Positions 51,448 through 62,445 of a DNA stretch of 64,000 nt are shown here, piece by piece. Both the position numbers and the translations under genes were made by a program. Every line of letters begins with the position of its first letter. Position 1 is the first letter of the stretch. The stretch covers positions 1,639,275-1,703,274 of the forward strand of contig MU004234.1 of NCBI GenBank assembly GCA_010405405.1, read 5' to 3'. Source of the DNA: Microthyrium microscopicum. Taxonomy: Eukaryota. Under the pieces are notes generated by a model. That model made no database searches, had not been told where the DNA came from, and saw only the letters and a list, made by a program, of their open reading frames with translations.

Positions 51448-53307
51448 CTAGTATAACCAAGGCCCCTTAATAAAATTATTTTCCATCTCCGATTTCGACG
51501 GAATCTTCAGCACATTCTCATGAATAACCGACGTAGCCAACAATGCCTGATCTTTTCGAACAACGACACTGCAATTTCATTAGTTTCCTCAATGCAAAGA
51601 CAGCGGATAGACACTTACGATATATTGATCTCACTGGCTCCCTGACTGATCATATATATGTTGATCTTTGCCTCCGCCAACGCATCAAAAATCTCACTCG
51701 ATACACCGACCATGTTCTTCATCTTATGTCCTACGACGGAGATGATCGCCCTCTCGTCCGAGACATTCACAGTTCCAAACGTCTCCAGATCCCCGATCAG
51801 CCGCTGCAAGCGCTCTGGGCTGTCGATATTCTCCAATGCAACGGATATGCTTCGTTCGCTGCTTGTTACCAAGTCGATGTTGAGTTTGTGTTTGGTAAAC
51901 TGCTCGAGCACGCTGACGAGAAAGATGCTGAATTTGCGCTTCTGGTTGCATAGCACGTTTAGAACAGTGATCGGCTCTTTTGCTGTCACCGCTGTAGGCA
52001 CGCGACGGTTTTGGTGCTTTCCGTGGTAGCCGTTACTGAGCAGGAAGGCTTGACTTGGTGGTGAGGCTGGACGGGTCGGTGCGGGCGAGAGCTCAGGAGA
52101 TGAAGAGGTACTGCGAGTGGGATAGATTCGTGTGCCGGCACCGCTAGGATTGAAAACGTTCTTCAGTTGTAAGCGTATGCCAGCGTGGCGAATTTGATCG
52201 ACTGCAAGAGGGTGGACGACCTGAAGTATAGTTAGATGAGAGTCTCATAACCAGCTATAGGCAGTAAATCGTACCTCACTGCCGTAATATGTAAGTTCTG
52301 CAGCTTCCTCAACCGTCACTGCAGGCAGCAAACGCGCAGAAGGTATCTTCCTCGGGTCCGACGTGTATATCCCGTCCACTTCCTTCCAAATCTGAAGTTC
52401 ATGAGCTCGAAGACCGAGAGCACATAGTGCGGCACAGAAGTCTGAGTAGCCGCGACCAACTGCTTTCATCAAGGAATCAGGCATGATGCCAAAGAAGCCT
52501 ATATCTACTTAGCAACAAGCACACGGATCAAAGAAGCCACACGGACCTGTAAGAACCGGAAGACGTCCATCACATTGCTCAATCTTTAACGCAATCTGTT
52601 GAGCCAGAAGAGGGTAGACTTCAGATCCTAATTGTTCTATAGCATATCTTTGATTGCTGACAGAAGAGCCGAAGGCTTCTTCCACGAGGTTGTCAAGGAA
52701 TACCGCTTGTGCCGGTATACCCTACCAGGTTATCAGTAACCGGATGAAGACCAAAGTATATCAAAGAGAACTAACCTTGACTTGAAGTGCCGCAGCAACA
52801 ATGATACAAGCAAGTCTTTCTCCAAGCGCAAGTATTCGATCCTTCGCTCGAGGCGAGAGCTCTCCAACTGTCTACCATTTGTTAGCATTCGAACGAATTA
52901 GCATCCACAAACTTGCTCACCTGCGCTGCGATCATAAAGGCTCGTATCTGCTCGCATTCCTTGGAAACTGTCAGACAAGCGGCTTGTAGTGTTTCCTTCG
53001 CGCTGGCTTCAGTCGACTTTGAAGCAAGATTTTCGAGTATAGAAAAATGATGATCCTTGAGGACATCAAAGACATTGTTCATTTGAATCTGTGATGCTAA
53101 AGATGTAGATGAGATGAGCTCGATGCATTGTAATAGCAAACTTGTTGTTCCAGAGTTCTTCGTTTTGCCAGAGATGGCTGAACAGACGACCGCTACGTTG
53201 TTTCGTGCCCAGAATGATGGTATGATTTCACCACAGATGCTGTCTAGTAGCTTTCCTAAGCTTGTTCCTCCATACTTTTGAACAATCCAATCTTCTTGAC
53301 GATGCAT
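51448..53307 (-). CDS. Aspartate kinase (Hom3 family, divergent ACT region), multi-exon
   Basis: WIVQKYGGTSLGK, VVCSAIS, LGERLA, GRGYSD, WKEVDGIYTSDPR, EAAELTYYGSE|VVHP and MISQGASEINIS motifs. Last exon …KGPWLY* ends at 51448. Confidence 0.92.
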
Positions 53308-53456
53308 TTTGTAGGTTAGTATTTTTGACTGGGGAGAAACGTTTCAGTGACGATGACAGGTAGAGGAGAGCTATTTGATATATTGTGAGTTAATACAGAC
53401 GACGTAACACTTTAATGCATTTTCTAAATGCCATGCCTGGGAGCATTGTTGGTTGA

Positions 53457-53511
53457 TGCCGCACTGGCGGCACACAAGCAACAACTCGGGGTTTGCTGGG
53501 CTTCGGGATTT
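53457..53511. promoter_or_regulatory. Putative cluster TF sites upstream of aspartate kinase
   Basis: TGCCGCA at 53457-53463 and TCGGGATTT at 53503-53511 (reverse complement of AAATCCCGA). Confidence 0.55.
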
Positions 53512-53862
53512 GGAGTATCGCTCAAGAGCCCATCTCAATGGAACTTGAGCATTTAGCCTTTGGACAGCTCCTATTGCAGAATGCTTGAACAAAGGGCTGA
53601 GTGGGAACTCCGAATTGGATTCTAGCCCATGGGACGGCGTAGAAGTGATCTGAGAGTATAAACAAATTCTTTGCACTAATGTCTCTCATTCGATTCCTTG
53701 CCTTGGGGATGTGAAGTCCAGAGTCGTGTGCAGTTCCTATTCTTACAACTAAACTTACAAATTGATTTACAGGATGTGGCCACTACGAAATTTCGCTATG
53801 TCGCTGATTGAGGGACAATTCTGCCATAGACTAGACGTTTGAACAGAAGAACTGAGCTGAAT

Positions 53863-54891
53863 CTACGTCTTAGGCCCGTTCTCTACTGAACCAGCCTCTG
53901 GTACGAGTTGAGCAAGTACTTCTTCTAGTTTACTCTTGGCTAAGTCGAAATGACTGCCATCGTACTCTGTGAGAATACTGTGAGGTAGTCGTTCGTTCAG
54001 GTAACGGATTTGCTGCACCGGCGCGTTTTTGTCCTGAGTTCCGTGCCATATTTGCACTTTATCATAATCAACATCTTCGAAGTCGAAGCCCCAGTCCAAA
54101 TCAGATAGTAGCTCAGCTTCCTGTGTGGTCCCTCTTGCACCTTGCGCAAATGCTTCAAAAATAATGCGGAATATAAGTTCTCTCCGCTCAGCGACAGACT
54201 CTTCGGCTGACACCGTCTTGTCTCCAATTTCAGGCTCTCCCCTTCTTAGCTGCGACTCTTTCTTCTCATCCTTGAGCAGCCCATCAAGATAACGCGTCAC
54301 GACATCTGTCTGCGCCGTCCTCTTGAGGAAATTCACCATTGCGTCTGCAACCATTGTGAATCCAGCAGGCCACGACCGTACCGCCATAGCAGTCATATGG
54401 CCCAGCCGTGGTACACCCGCCGTCCCCGCGCGCCATGGCCCTGCACTTGCAAAGAGTCCCACCGCCGACATCATCTCGTGAGGTAGTACGCGCGCACAAG
54501 CCAGCGCATACGGCCCTCCACCTGACCCACCAAGCACAGCAAAGCGCTCGATGTTGACATGGTGTGCAAACTCGAAGACATCAGCCGGCCAATCGAGTAT
54601 TTTGCGGTTAGGCTGAAATGTGCTGAGGCCGAAGCCTGGACGGTCAAGAGCGAAGAGCCGGATGTTGCGCCGATGGGCTAGCTTCGTGATGGACCCAGCT
54701 TCGAGCCGTGAGGAGGGGAAGCCGTGGAAGAACAGGAGTGGGTAGCCGGTGGGTGAGCCATACTCTGCGAAGCCGAGAGTACGGCCATCGGGGAGTGTGA
54801 GGGTCTGGTTCTCGAGATTTGGTTTCGACGTGTGGATGAAGCGCGGTGGAGATGAGGATAGCGAGCGGGTGAGTGTCGTAGGGATTTTCAT
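53863..54891 (-). CDS. Alpha/beta-hydrolase fold protein
   Basis: LPDGRTLGFAEYG, FHGFPSSR and DRPGFGLS motifs; nucleophile GGSGGGP; WHGTQD; GSHF. The Ser/Thr/Arg-rich N-terminus resembles a mitochondrial presequence. Confidence 0.85.
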   Translation of the reverse strand: MKIPTTLTRSLSSSPPRFIHTSKPNLENQTLTLPDGRTLGFAEYGSPTGYPLLFFHGFPSSRLEAGSITKLAHRRNIRLFALDRPGFGLSTFQPNRKILDWPADVFEFAHHVNIERFAVLGGSGGGPYALACARVLPHEMMSAVGLFASAGPWRAGTAGVPRLGHMTAMAVRSWPAGFTMVADAMVNFLKRTAQTDVVTRYLDGLLKDEKKESQLRRGEPEIGDKTVSAEESVAERRELIFRIIFEAFAQGARGTTQEAELLSDLDWGFDFEDVDYDKVQIWHGTQDKNAPVQQIRYLNERLPHSILTEYDGSHFDLAKSKLEEVLAQLVPEAGSVENGPKT

Positions 54892-55204
54892 GGCGCCGGT
54901 AGAACCAAGAACAATTAAAGCATTTTGAGCGATCAATGCTGACAGCTGTATTGCTTACAACTTTTCCTCCAGAATGTGAAGCTTTTCTTAGAGTTGGAGT
55001 TGTTGATGTTTGTTGTTCATGAAGAAGGAGAAAGAGAGCAAAAAGCGTGGCTACAGGGATATCCCTGTCTTTAGCTGGGACCCCTGCCACTTGACGCATT
55101 CAAGGGCGAATTTCGAGAGTTATTGGAACTTTTTGACATCCAATCGCCCGACTTCGCTTCATAACAATCACCATCAAATTTCGTACTATCGACTTGATCG
55201 TGAG

Positions 55205-57546
55205 ATGACTGTTACAATGCCTGAGCTTGATCTGGTTGATCATTCACCTCAACAACCGGTAGCGAAAGCGCCCATTGCCACCGCCTCAAATGTCATCCTG
55301 ATCGATAATTATGACAGTTTCACCTGGAATGTATATCAATATTTGGTTCTTGAGGGCGCCACTGTAACCGTATATCGAAACGATGAGCTCACGGTAGAAG
55401 AGCTTGCTAGCAAAAATCCTACCCAGCTCGTTATAAGTCCTGGACCAGGACATCCAGATACCGATGCTGGTATTAGTAACGATGCCATTCGCCATTTCGC
55501 AGGCAAAATACCTATTCTAGGCGTGTGTTTGGGCGAGTAAGTACAGATCCTAACAATCGATCAATTGATGCTCAATGGAACAGGCAATGCATGTATTCGG
55601 TGTTTGGCGGCACAGTTGATGTCACTGGGGAGATTTTACATGGAAAGACGTCTCAGTTGGCTCATGATGGGAAGGGATGCTATAATGGTTTGCCACAGAA
55701 CCTTCCGGTCACCAGATATCATTCTCTAGCTGGGACTCATTTGACTTTACCAAGCTGTCTCGAGATCACTAGCTGGACAAACAGTTCTGATGGCGAAACT
55801 AAAGTCATTATGGGCGTAAGGCATAAAGAATACACCATCGAAGGAGTACAATTTCACCCGGAGAGTATTCTCACAGCTGAGGGTCGGCCAATGCTTTGGA
55901 ACTTCTTGAAGCTTCAGGGTGGTACTTGGGCAGAGAGTGAGCAACTAGCGAAGCGAACAACGACAGTGAAATCCTCAAGTGGCGCATCATCTGGCAAGAG
56001 AAACATACTTGAGGATATCTACGACCACCGAAAAGCAATGGTTGCTGAACAGAAACGGATCCCATCACAGAGACCAGAAGACCTTCAGTCTGCATATGAT
56101 CTCAATCTCGCTCCACCACAGATTTCGTTTCCAGATCGTTTAAAGCTATCTCCATATCCGCTGTCGTTGATGGCCGAAATCAAGCGAGCTTCACCATCAA
56201 AAGGCGTTATTTCGCTGTCAGCATGTGCACCAGCCCAAGCTCGCACATATGCTCTGGCTGGGGCCAGTGTTATCTCAGTCCTTACGGAGCCAAAGTGGTT
56301 CAAAGGTAGTATAGAAGATCTACGACTCGTCAGACAGGCGTTGGACGGAATGCCTAATCGGCCAGCAATTCTACGGAAAGAGTTCATCTTTGACGAATAT
56401 CAGATATTGGAGGCTCGATTAGCTGGCGCAGACACGGTACTCCTAATTGTGAAAATGCTAGACCAGGCTCTTCTGGAAAAGCTTTACAGATACTCTCAGT
56501 CGCTAGGAATGGAGCCCTTGGTCGAAGTGAACAACGTGGAAGAGATGGAAATTGCTGTGCGCCTAGGGTCAAAGGTCATCGGCGTCAACAACCGCAATCT
56601 TACCAACTTCGATGTCGACCTCGAAACCACGAGTCGACTAATGAACTTGGTGCCCAAAGAAACGACTGTATGCGCTTTGAGCGGGATATCAGGCCCAAAA
56701 GACGTAGAGCCATACCTAAAAAATGGTGTTGGTGCCGTTCTTGTCGGAGAAGCACTTATGCGAGCTCCCAACACTATGCAATTCATCCAAGAATTATTAG
56801 GATCAACAGTTCGAATCGCGCCACCAAGTACGGCACGTTTTTTAGTCAAGATATGCGGCACACGGACCGTAGAGGCAGCGCGAGCAGCCGTGTCAGCAGG
56901 TGCCGACATCATCGGCATGATTTTGGTGACAGGACGCAAGCGATGCGTCTCACAACCGGTCGCACTCGCTATTTCTGATGTTGTACATGCGACCACAAAA
57001 TCAACGGCTACGCATCCAGCACTATCAGCCAGTGCGGTAGCTAAGAACGCGTTTGAACATTCCTCAGGACATATCTACCACCCTGAGCGCGTCCTTCTCG
57101 CTGGTGTTTTTCAGAATCAACCACTCGAGTATATCCTTCAGCAACAACGCCTCCTGGACTTGGATATCGTGCAACTACACGGCTCAGAGCCTATCGAGTG
57201 GGCACAACTCATCCCAGTGCCAGTCATTCGAAGCTTCAAGCCGAATGAAATTGGTCTTGGTACCCGAGGCTATCATGCAGCACCACTCTTAGATTCTGCT
57301 GGTGGCGGGACTGGGAGACAGCTTGATTTGTCCGAAGTGAAGCAGACTCTGCAGAAAGACGACGGATTGCATGTCCTCCTTGCTGGTGGATTGACACCTG
57401 AGAATGTGGGCACAGTGCTGAAAGAATTGGGCGCGAGTCGGGACCAGATCATTGGCGTTGATACGGCAAGCGGAGTGGAAGTGAATGGCGAGCCAAATCC
57501 GGACAGGATTCGAGCGTTTGTTGCGGCGGCGCGAGCTGCTTTGTAG
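55205..57546 (+). CDS. trpC: Trifunctional tryptophan biosynthesis protein (anthranilate synthase component II GATase + IGPS + PRA isomerase), 2 exons
   Basis: GATase: [21 protein letters not shown] (intron 55537-55583), [52 protein letters not shown]. Start may be 55217. Confidence 0.97.
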
Positions 57547-58324
57547 GTTCGATGAATGTATGAATATTTGTCTAGGAATTCGATTTCCTTCCCAATGTTC
57601 GCAAAGATTGTATGACTGTCTTCAACGTCGATGACTTCTGCAACGGTGTAGCGTTTAGCTAAATCCTCGTGGATATACCGATTTCCGGAATAACCATTCG
57701 AGGCAAGACCTTTGCTAATCTTCTCATCGATGATGATAGACGTTTCCGGACATCACGATGCAAGGTAGCCTGAAGGTGTTTTGTTCTCAGATCAAGGTCT
57801 GCGAGAACATCTCGCCATCTCTCTGTGAGAACATCTCGCCATTCCTCTGAACGATACTCCAAATAAAGGGAGGAACCGTGATAACCAAAAGCAGCAGGAT
57901 TTATCAGGTCGCGAATAACGCCAACCTCCCTTCCAGGCCCTGACAGCTCGGTCATCTTTCTTTGGTTCCAAAGTTATCTGCTCTCGAGTAAATTACATGA
58001 TCTCTCGCAGAAAATACCGTACAGCGCCACTTCCCATCAGAGGCGTTGCATCTGAGTCCTCGCCCAATAGAAGCTGCTCCTTCCTACTTTAGTGAGAAGC
58101 ACCAGGTAACAGTATCTCAACTTTCAGAAAACCTTCAGTCCCTCACTCCGTCGAATCCTCACTCTCTTGCTAGTTGTGTTGCACATTTAAACCTCCGCCA
58201 TCCTCTTCTACTTCTTCTCCCCTACATCCTCCCTCCAACAAATGCTTATTGGCCACAAAATATCTACCTTGTAACTCAAACTTCTTTATCCCTGCCTCGA
58301 CCATCATCTCCCCTTGCAATCAAC

Positions 58325-59886
58325 ATGGCTCGCGGTAAGGGAAGTGGCTCCACACCTACTGGCAGAGGCCGACTTAGAGACTGTGTCATTGCCTTCGCAG
58401 GTGACTTCGGTTCAGACCGCCCCAAAACCAAGCTCAAGATCTGGGTGGATGCGAACGGTGGCCTTTACGAGACCAAGATGACCAACAAAGTCACTCAGTA
58501 AGCACTCTACATCAACTGTCGAGATTATTTCTAACATTTGATAGCCTGGTCTGCTCCGGTGAGAACTACAAGACTGATGCTCCAGCTGTGAAGGTAAGTC
58601 ATGATTTGGCTCCACAGCCGCACGGGGAAACGTGACTGCGCTGGGAAATAAGGCTCTACCTGAATGTTTTGTACTGATCCCCAACAGGAGGCTCGAATCA
58701 TTGGCAATGTGTCCATTGTGAACATGGATTGGTTCGAAGACACCCTCAGTCAGGAGAATACAACTGGCAAACGACGCGGCGAAAAGAAGTACGAGTGGTC
58801 CAACATCTTGAAGGCCGAGAAGCAAAAGGAAAAGTCTCGCAAACGAGCTGAGAATGCCAAGTTGAAGGCGGACAGTGAGTCTTCAATTCCTATGCCTTTC
58901 CATCTGAGCCTATGTTGAATTTGGCAGTGCAGCGATTTGCTGATGGTTGTGAAAATGCTCGCTCTGACATATTTTCAGGTGAGTCCAAGTCCAAGCCCAA
59001 AAAGAAGGTGCTCATGGGATCCATGAGCAAGGAGGTCCTTGGTGCCTTTATGGACGATATGAAAGCCCAGAAAGATAAGGCCAAGGCGGATAAGGCAGAA
59101 GCTCGCAAGGCCCTGACTGCGAGCAAAAAGCGCAAGGCGGATGGACCAGCGTTCACCGTCGCTCTGGGCAAGCGTAGACGCCAGGCCACTGTCGATACAG
59201 ACAATGAGTCAGTGTCTGTTCTTGTTCAGAACAATGTGCAAGGTGAGCGTGACGATGAGATGCGAGCCAACTTTGACAACGAATTCGCAGAGGCCGGCAT
59301 CCGATCGCCTGCAAAGAAGAAGCGAGCTCGCAGAAAGACTACGTTCGATAGTTTCGGGGGCTCAGTCTTGGTGCAAGAGAGTCCAAGAGCAAACCCAGAG
59401 AATTACATTCCAGCCCCGACCCCATACGATATCAGAAACGGACTATTGACAAAAGCTAACGATGAATGGGAATTTCCAGACAACCACCACGTCTACCGGG
59501 ACCCAACCACTAGCCTGGACTATGCAATTGTCCTCATCCGCGTTGACATGAAGTTCAACAAAGGTGCCGAGCGTATCTACATGCGCATGTACGAGAGCAA
59601 CTCGATCCCTTCCACTTACGCCATGTACTACCGCGAAAATCAACCGGATGGCACTGAAACTCCTCACATTGCTGCTGCAACAGGTTCCAACTTCCAGGAT
59701 GCATACAAGAAGTGGCAGGAGGTCTTCAAGGACTACACTCATGTGGAGTGGAGTGACAAGCAAAATGCTCGCGTGATGCCTGGACAAGGACCACCAGAAG
59801 CGGTGTTCTTCACCAAGTCGACAGGTACGGAAGTGGTGGAGATTCCATTCCGATACATGCCAAATCAGCCTGGCGAGACTGTTTGA
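58325..59886 (+). CDS. BRCT-domain protein with C-terminal WGR-like domain, multi-exon
   Basis: The spliced N-terminus …CVIAFAGDF…WVDANGG…KVT|HLVCS…|…IVNMDWFEDTL is BRCT-like. Lys/Arg-rich middle. C-terminus HHVYRD…Y…LIRVD…YMRMYES…F…FKDYTHVEW resembles WGR-like domains. Confidence 0.7.
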
Positions 59887-60216
59887 GGGAAGATTTGATG
59901 GGAAATCTCAGGCTGACCGAGATTATGTGCGGATGTTTTAGTTGATGGTCTCCTCGGATTTATATGCTCTTCTGTTGTGTTCATCAAAACTTGACAGATA
60001 GCAGGAAAATTGAAATTGCTCTTGTACTATTTGACTGCTACTCTAGTGTGCTTAAATCGACGACAGTGTCCGTTATCGTGTGCGATCTCGAAGGAATATT
60101 AGCAATCGATTGATTTTGATTGTTTGGGCATAATTAGACTGTCATTTTACGTTCGACCGAGATTACGACGTGTGATATTCGAGATATTGTGTACCAAATA
60201 GTGATCAGTCAGAATT

Positions 60217-62445
60217 TCAGATGTAGGTCAGTTTACTTCTCCTCACAAATTCATCCCAATTATTGATCAAGGCATCACACTCTTCTGACTCTGGAAAATC
60301 AATACAGTCATACTCACCCAACGTCATGTCCTGATACTCATCATCTAGAACCGCGATTGCCGACTTCTTTGCCTTGCTTTTTGCTCTTAGCAGCTTGGGA
60401 TCTTCAGGGTCATCAACCACGGTGCTCTCACTCCCACTGAGTGTGCATTCGCTTTCATGCACAGTAGCTGAGCTTCTTCTCCTTTTTCTAGGCCTTGACT
60501 CAAGCGGCTCTCTGGGCTTATGCAGCATATTGAGATGCTTGATTCCAGCATCAGAATCAAAACTGAGGCATACCAGCTTTCCATACCGATCACTAGCCGC
60601 AGCACGCATGAGTAGGACTATCATTCGCTCATCTGCCATGGCTTGAACACCAACGCTGCCACATGGTCCAGGTTCATGGTGAATACCGATATGCGGACTC
60701 AGCACGTGGTGAGCTGCCGCAGCTGGAGCACTCGAGCTATCTGACTCGGGCCAGAGCTTTATCTTGGTATACCGATACGGACTCGGTAATTCTGGAACAA
60801 ATTTATCTTCAGGTCGAGGGAATGTTGGCTGTGCACCAATTGGTCGAGGAGATAGTGGCTGTTTGTTCTTGACGTAGCGACTAGGCTCTAACATGGGAGT
60901 CTTATGCTCAGATGGTATGGGAGCAATGGAGCGTGATCCAGACCGCAGGCGTAGATAGGAGCGTTGCTTGGATACACCATTCTCAAAAACAGTCTCTGTA
61001 TCCTCAACAAGATCGATATAAGCGCTGGCTGCCACATTGTACAAGCGGTGCTTTGTGTGTGCCAGGATATACGGCCTCACCGGCTTCTCGTCAAGACCTT
61101 TAGCTGCCACTACATTCAACGCCTCTGGGTGAACCTGCCAAAATGCACGATCCTGTGATTTCGCAAACTTGGCGTTGCTTGTGGCGTAAATGTTGAAGGG
61201 ATCATTTTCGGGCAATCTACCTCGATGCGCGCTGCTTTCGGATGCGCCCTCCTCTCCAAGGACGACATTCGTGATATAGAACGAGCGACTGCTCTGACTT
61301 GCACCATGTAGCCACTCTTTGCGTGATTCCACAATCAACAGATCATTGGTGCGCTCGCATGCCTGAAGGCTCAAATCAATCCAGCCATCATCAATGGGAC
61401 CCTCACGGTGCTGACGACGCAGCATTTCGCCTCTACGCATCCGTTCTTTGCGTGGGTCGTCAACTGGAAAGGAAATACAATAATAAAAGCTAGTCCAGTC
61501 TACTTCGACGACATCGAAATCATCACAATTTGTTAAAGCATAGAAATGGCCTTCGTGGACCTTGAAAACTGCGGTTGAACCGACCTCTGAACCAACAAAA
61601 TCGGTAAGATGGACTTTGAGGCTTTCCATCTTCTGATCCGCATATGGTAGAGTGGTCTGCGCCTCGGGTGGAAACGGCTTCTGAGGATTTAAAGCGATGC
61701 CTTGAAGCACCCACTCCTGATGCCCGTGACTTCCAATATAAGAATGAGTTCCATAGTAAACGAAATCGGCGTCATTGCGAACGAAAAGCTTTCTCGAGCT
61801 GACAAGTTGTATAGCAGTCTTTCTCATCGGTGTCTTGTGCGAGTTGACAAAGACCTGCACAACGAGTAGCCATTCGTCATTGTTGATTGGATCCTGATAT
61901 TTGATACTCAAAATATCTTCCGAGTAGTGTATAAGAGTTAAAGCATCTGCGTCTTCGACGAATTGAAAGCCATCCAGAACTCGTGTTATGTGAAAGCTTT
62001 TTGATTCGCCCGTTTTCAAGGCGTCCAGTACGTGAATTGTGTGATCGTGCAGAAAGCAGACTACGCCTTGATTGTACACGAACATTTCTGCGGATCCGAG
62101 AGAAACGGCTATGCGTGGTATCCCTCGTTTTAGTGCCGCCCTGCGCCTGTAGATTCGTCGTACGACTTGTTGATAGTCCATTTCGCCATCTGGTGTGTCT
62201 TCCATCGCTCGCCTTGTCTCTAGGGCATTCAAGGCGGTCTTCTGCTTGACCTTTAGTATATTTTGCTGGCAAGGCAGAGTTTTCTCATTTATTTCTCTTA
62301 CCTGGAGAATGTGGCGATTGAGAGTCCTGTCTGCACAAAGGGCCCGGAAGGCGCGGCATGTTGCTCCTAGGCTTACTAGATCTGATATGTCTAGACACAG
62401 TCCTATATTGCATAGTACCTCAACTGGGAGGTATACAATTATCAT
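60217..62445 (-). CDS. F-box domain protein (fungal-specific C-terminal region)
   Basis: N-terminal F-box LPVEVLCNIGLCLDISDLVSLGATCRAFR. Probable in-frame intron at about 62245-62301 (GTAAGA…CAG). Conserved-looking GTHS…GHQEW, EVDWTSFY and RRQHREGPIDDGW segments. Confidence 0.8.
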   Translation of the reverse strand: MIIVYLPVEVLCNIGLCLDISDLVSLGATCRAFRALCADRTLNRHILQVREINEKTLPCQQNILKVKQKTALNALETRRAMEDTPDGEMDYQQVVRRIYRRRAALKRGIPRIAVSLGSAEMFVYNQGVVCFLHDHTIHVLDALKTGESKSFHITRVLDGFQFVEDADALTLIHYSEDILSIKYQDPINNDEWLLVVQVFVNSHKTPMRKTAIQLVSSRKLFVRNDADFVYYGTHSYIGSHGHQEWVLQGIALNPQKPFPPEAQTTLPYADQKMESLKVHLTDFVGSEVGSTAVFKVHEGHFYALTNCDDFDVVEVDWTSFYYCISFPVDDPRKERMRRGEMLRRQHREGPIDDGWIDLSLQACERTNDLLIVESRKEWLHGASQSSRSFYITNVVLGEEGASESSAHRGRLPENDPFNIYATSNAKFAKSQDRAFWQVHPEALNVVAAKGLDEKPVRPYILAHTKHRLYNVAASAYIDLVEDTETVFENGVSKQRSYLRLRSGSRSIAPIPSEHKTPMLEPSRYVKNKQPLSPRPIGAQPTFPRPEDKFVPELPSPYRYTKIKLWPESDSSSAPAAAAHHVLSPHIGIHHEPGPCGSVGVQAMADERMIVLLMRAAASDRYGKLVCLSFDSDAGIKHLNMLHKPREPLESRPRKRRRSSATVHESECTLSGSESTVVDDPEDPKLLRAKSKAKKSAIAVLDDEYQDMTLGEYDCIDFPESEECDALINNWDEFVRRSKLTYI

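Noticed and set aside
42323..57546. General amino-acid-biosynthesis supercluster including trpC
   Set aside because: trpC is the ordinary housekeeping trifunctional gene, is separated by a hydrolase gene and lacks the shared promoter motifs. The adjacency is probably incidental.
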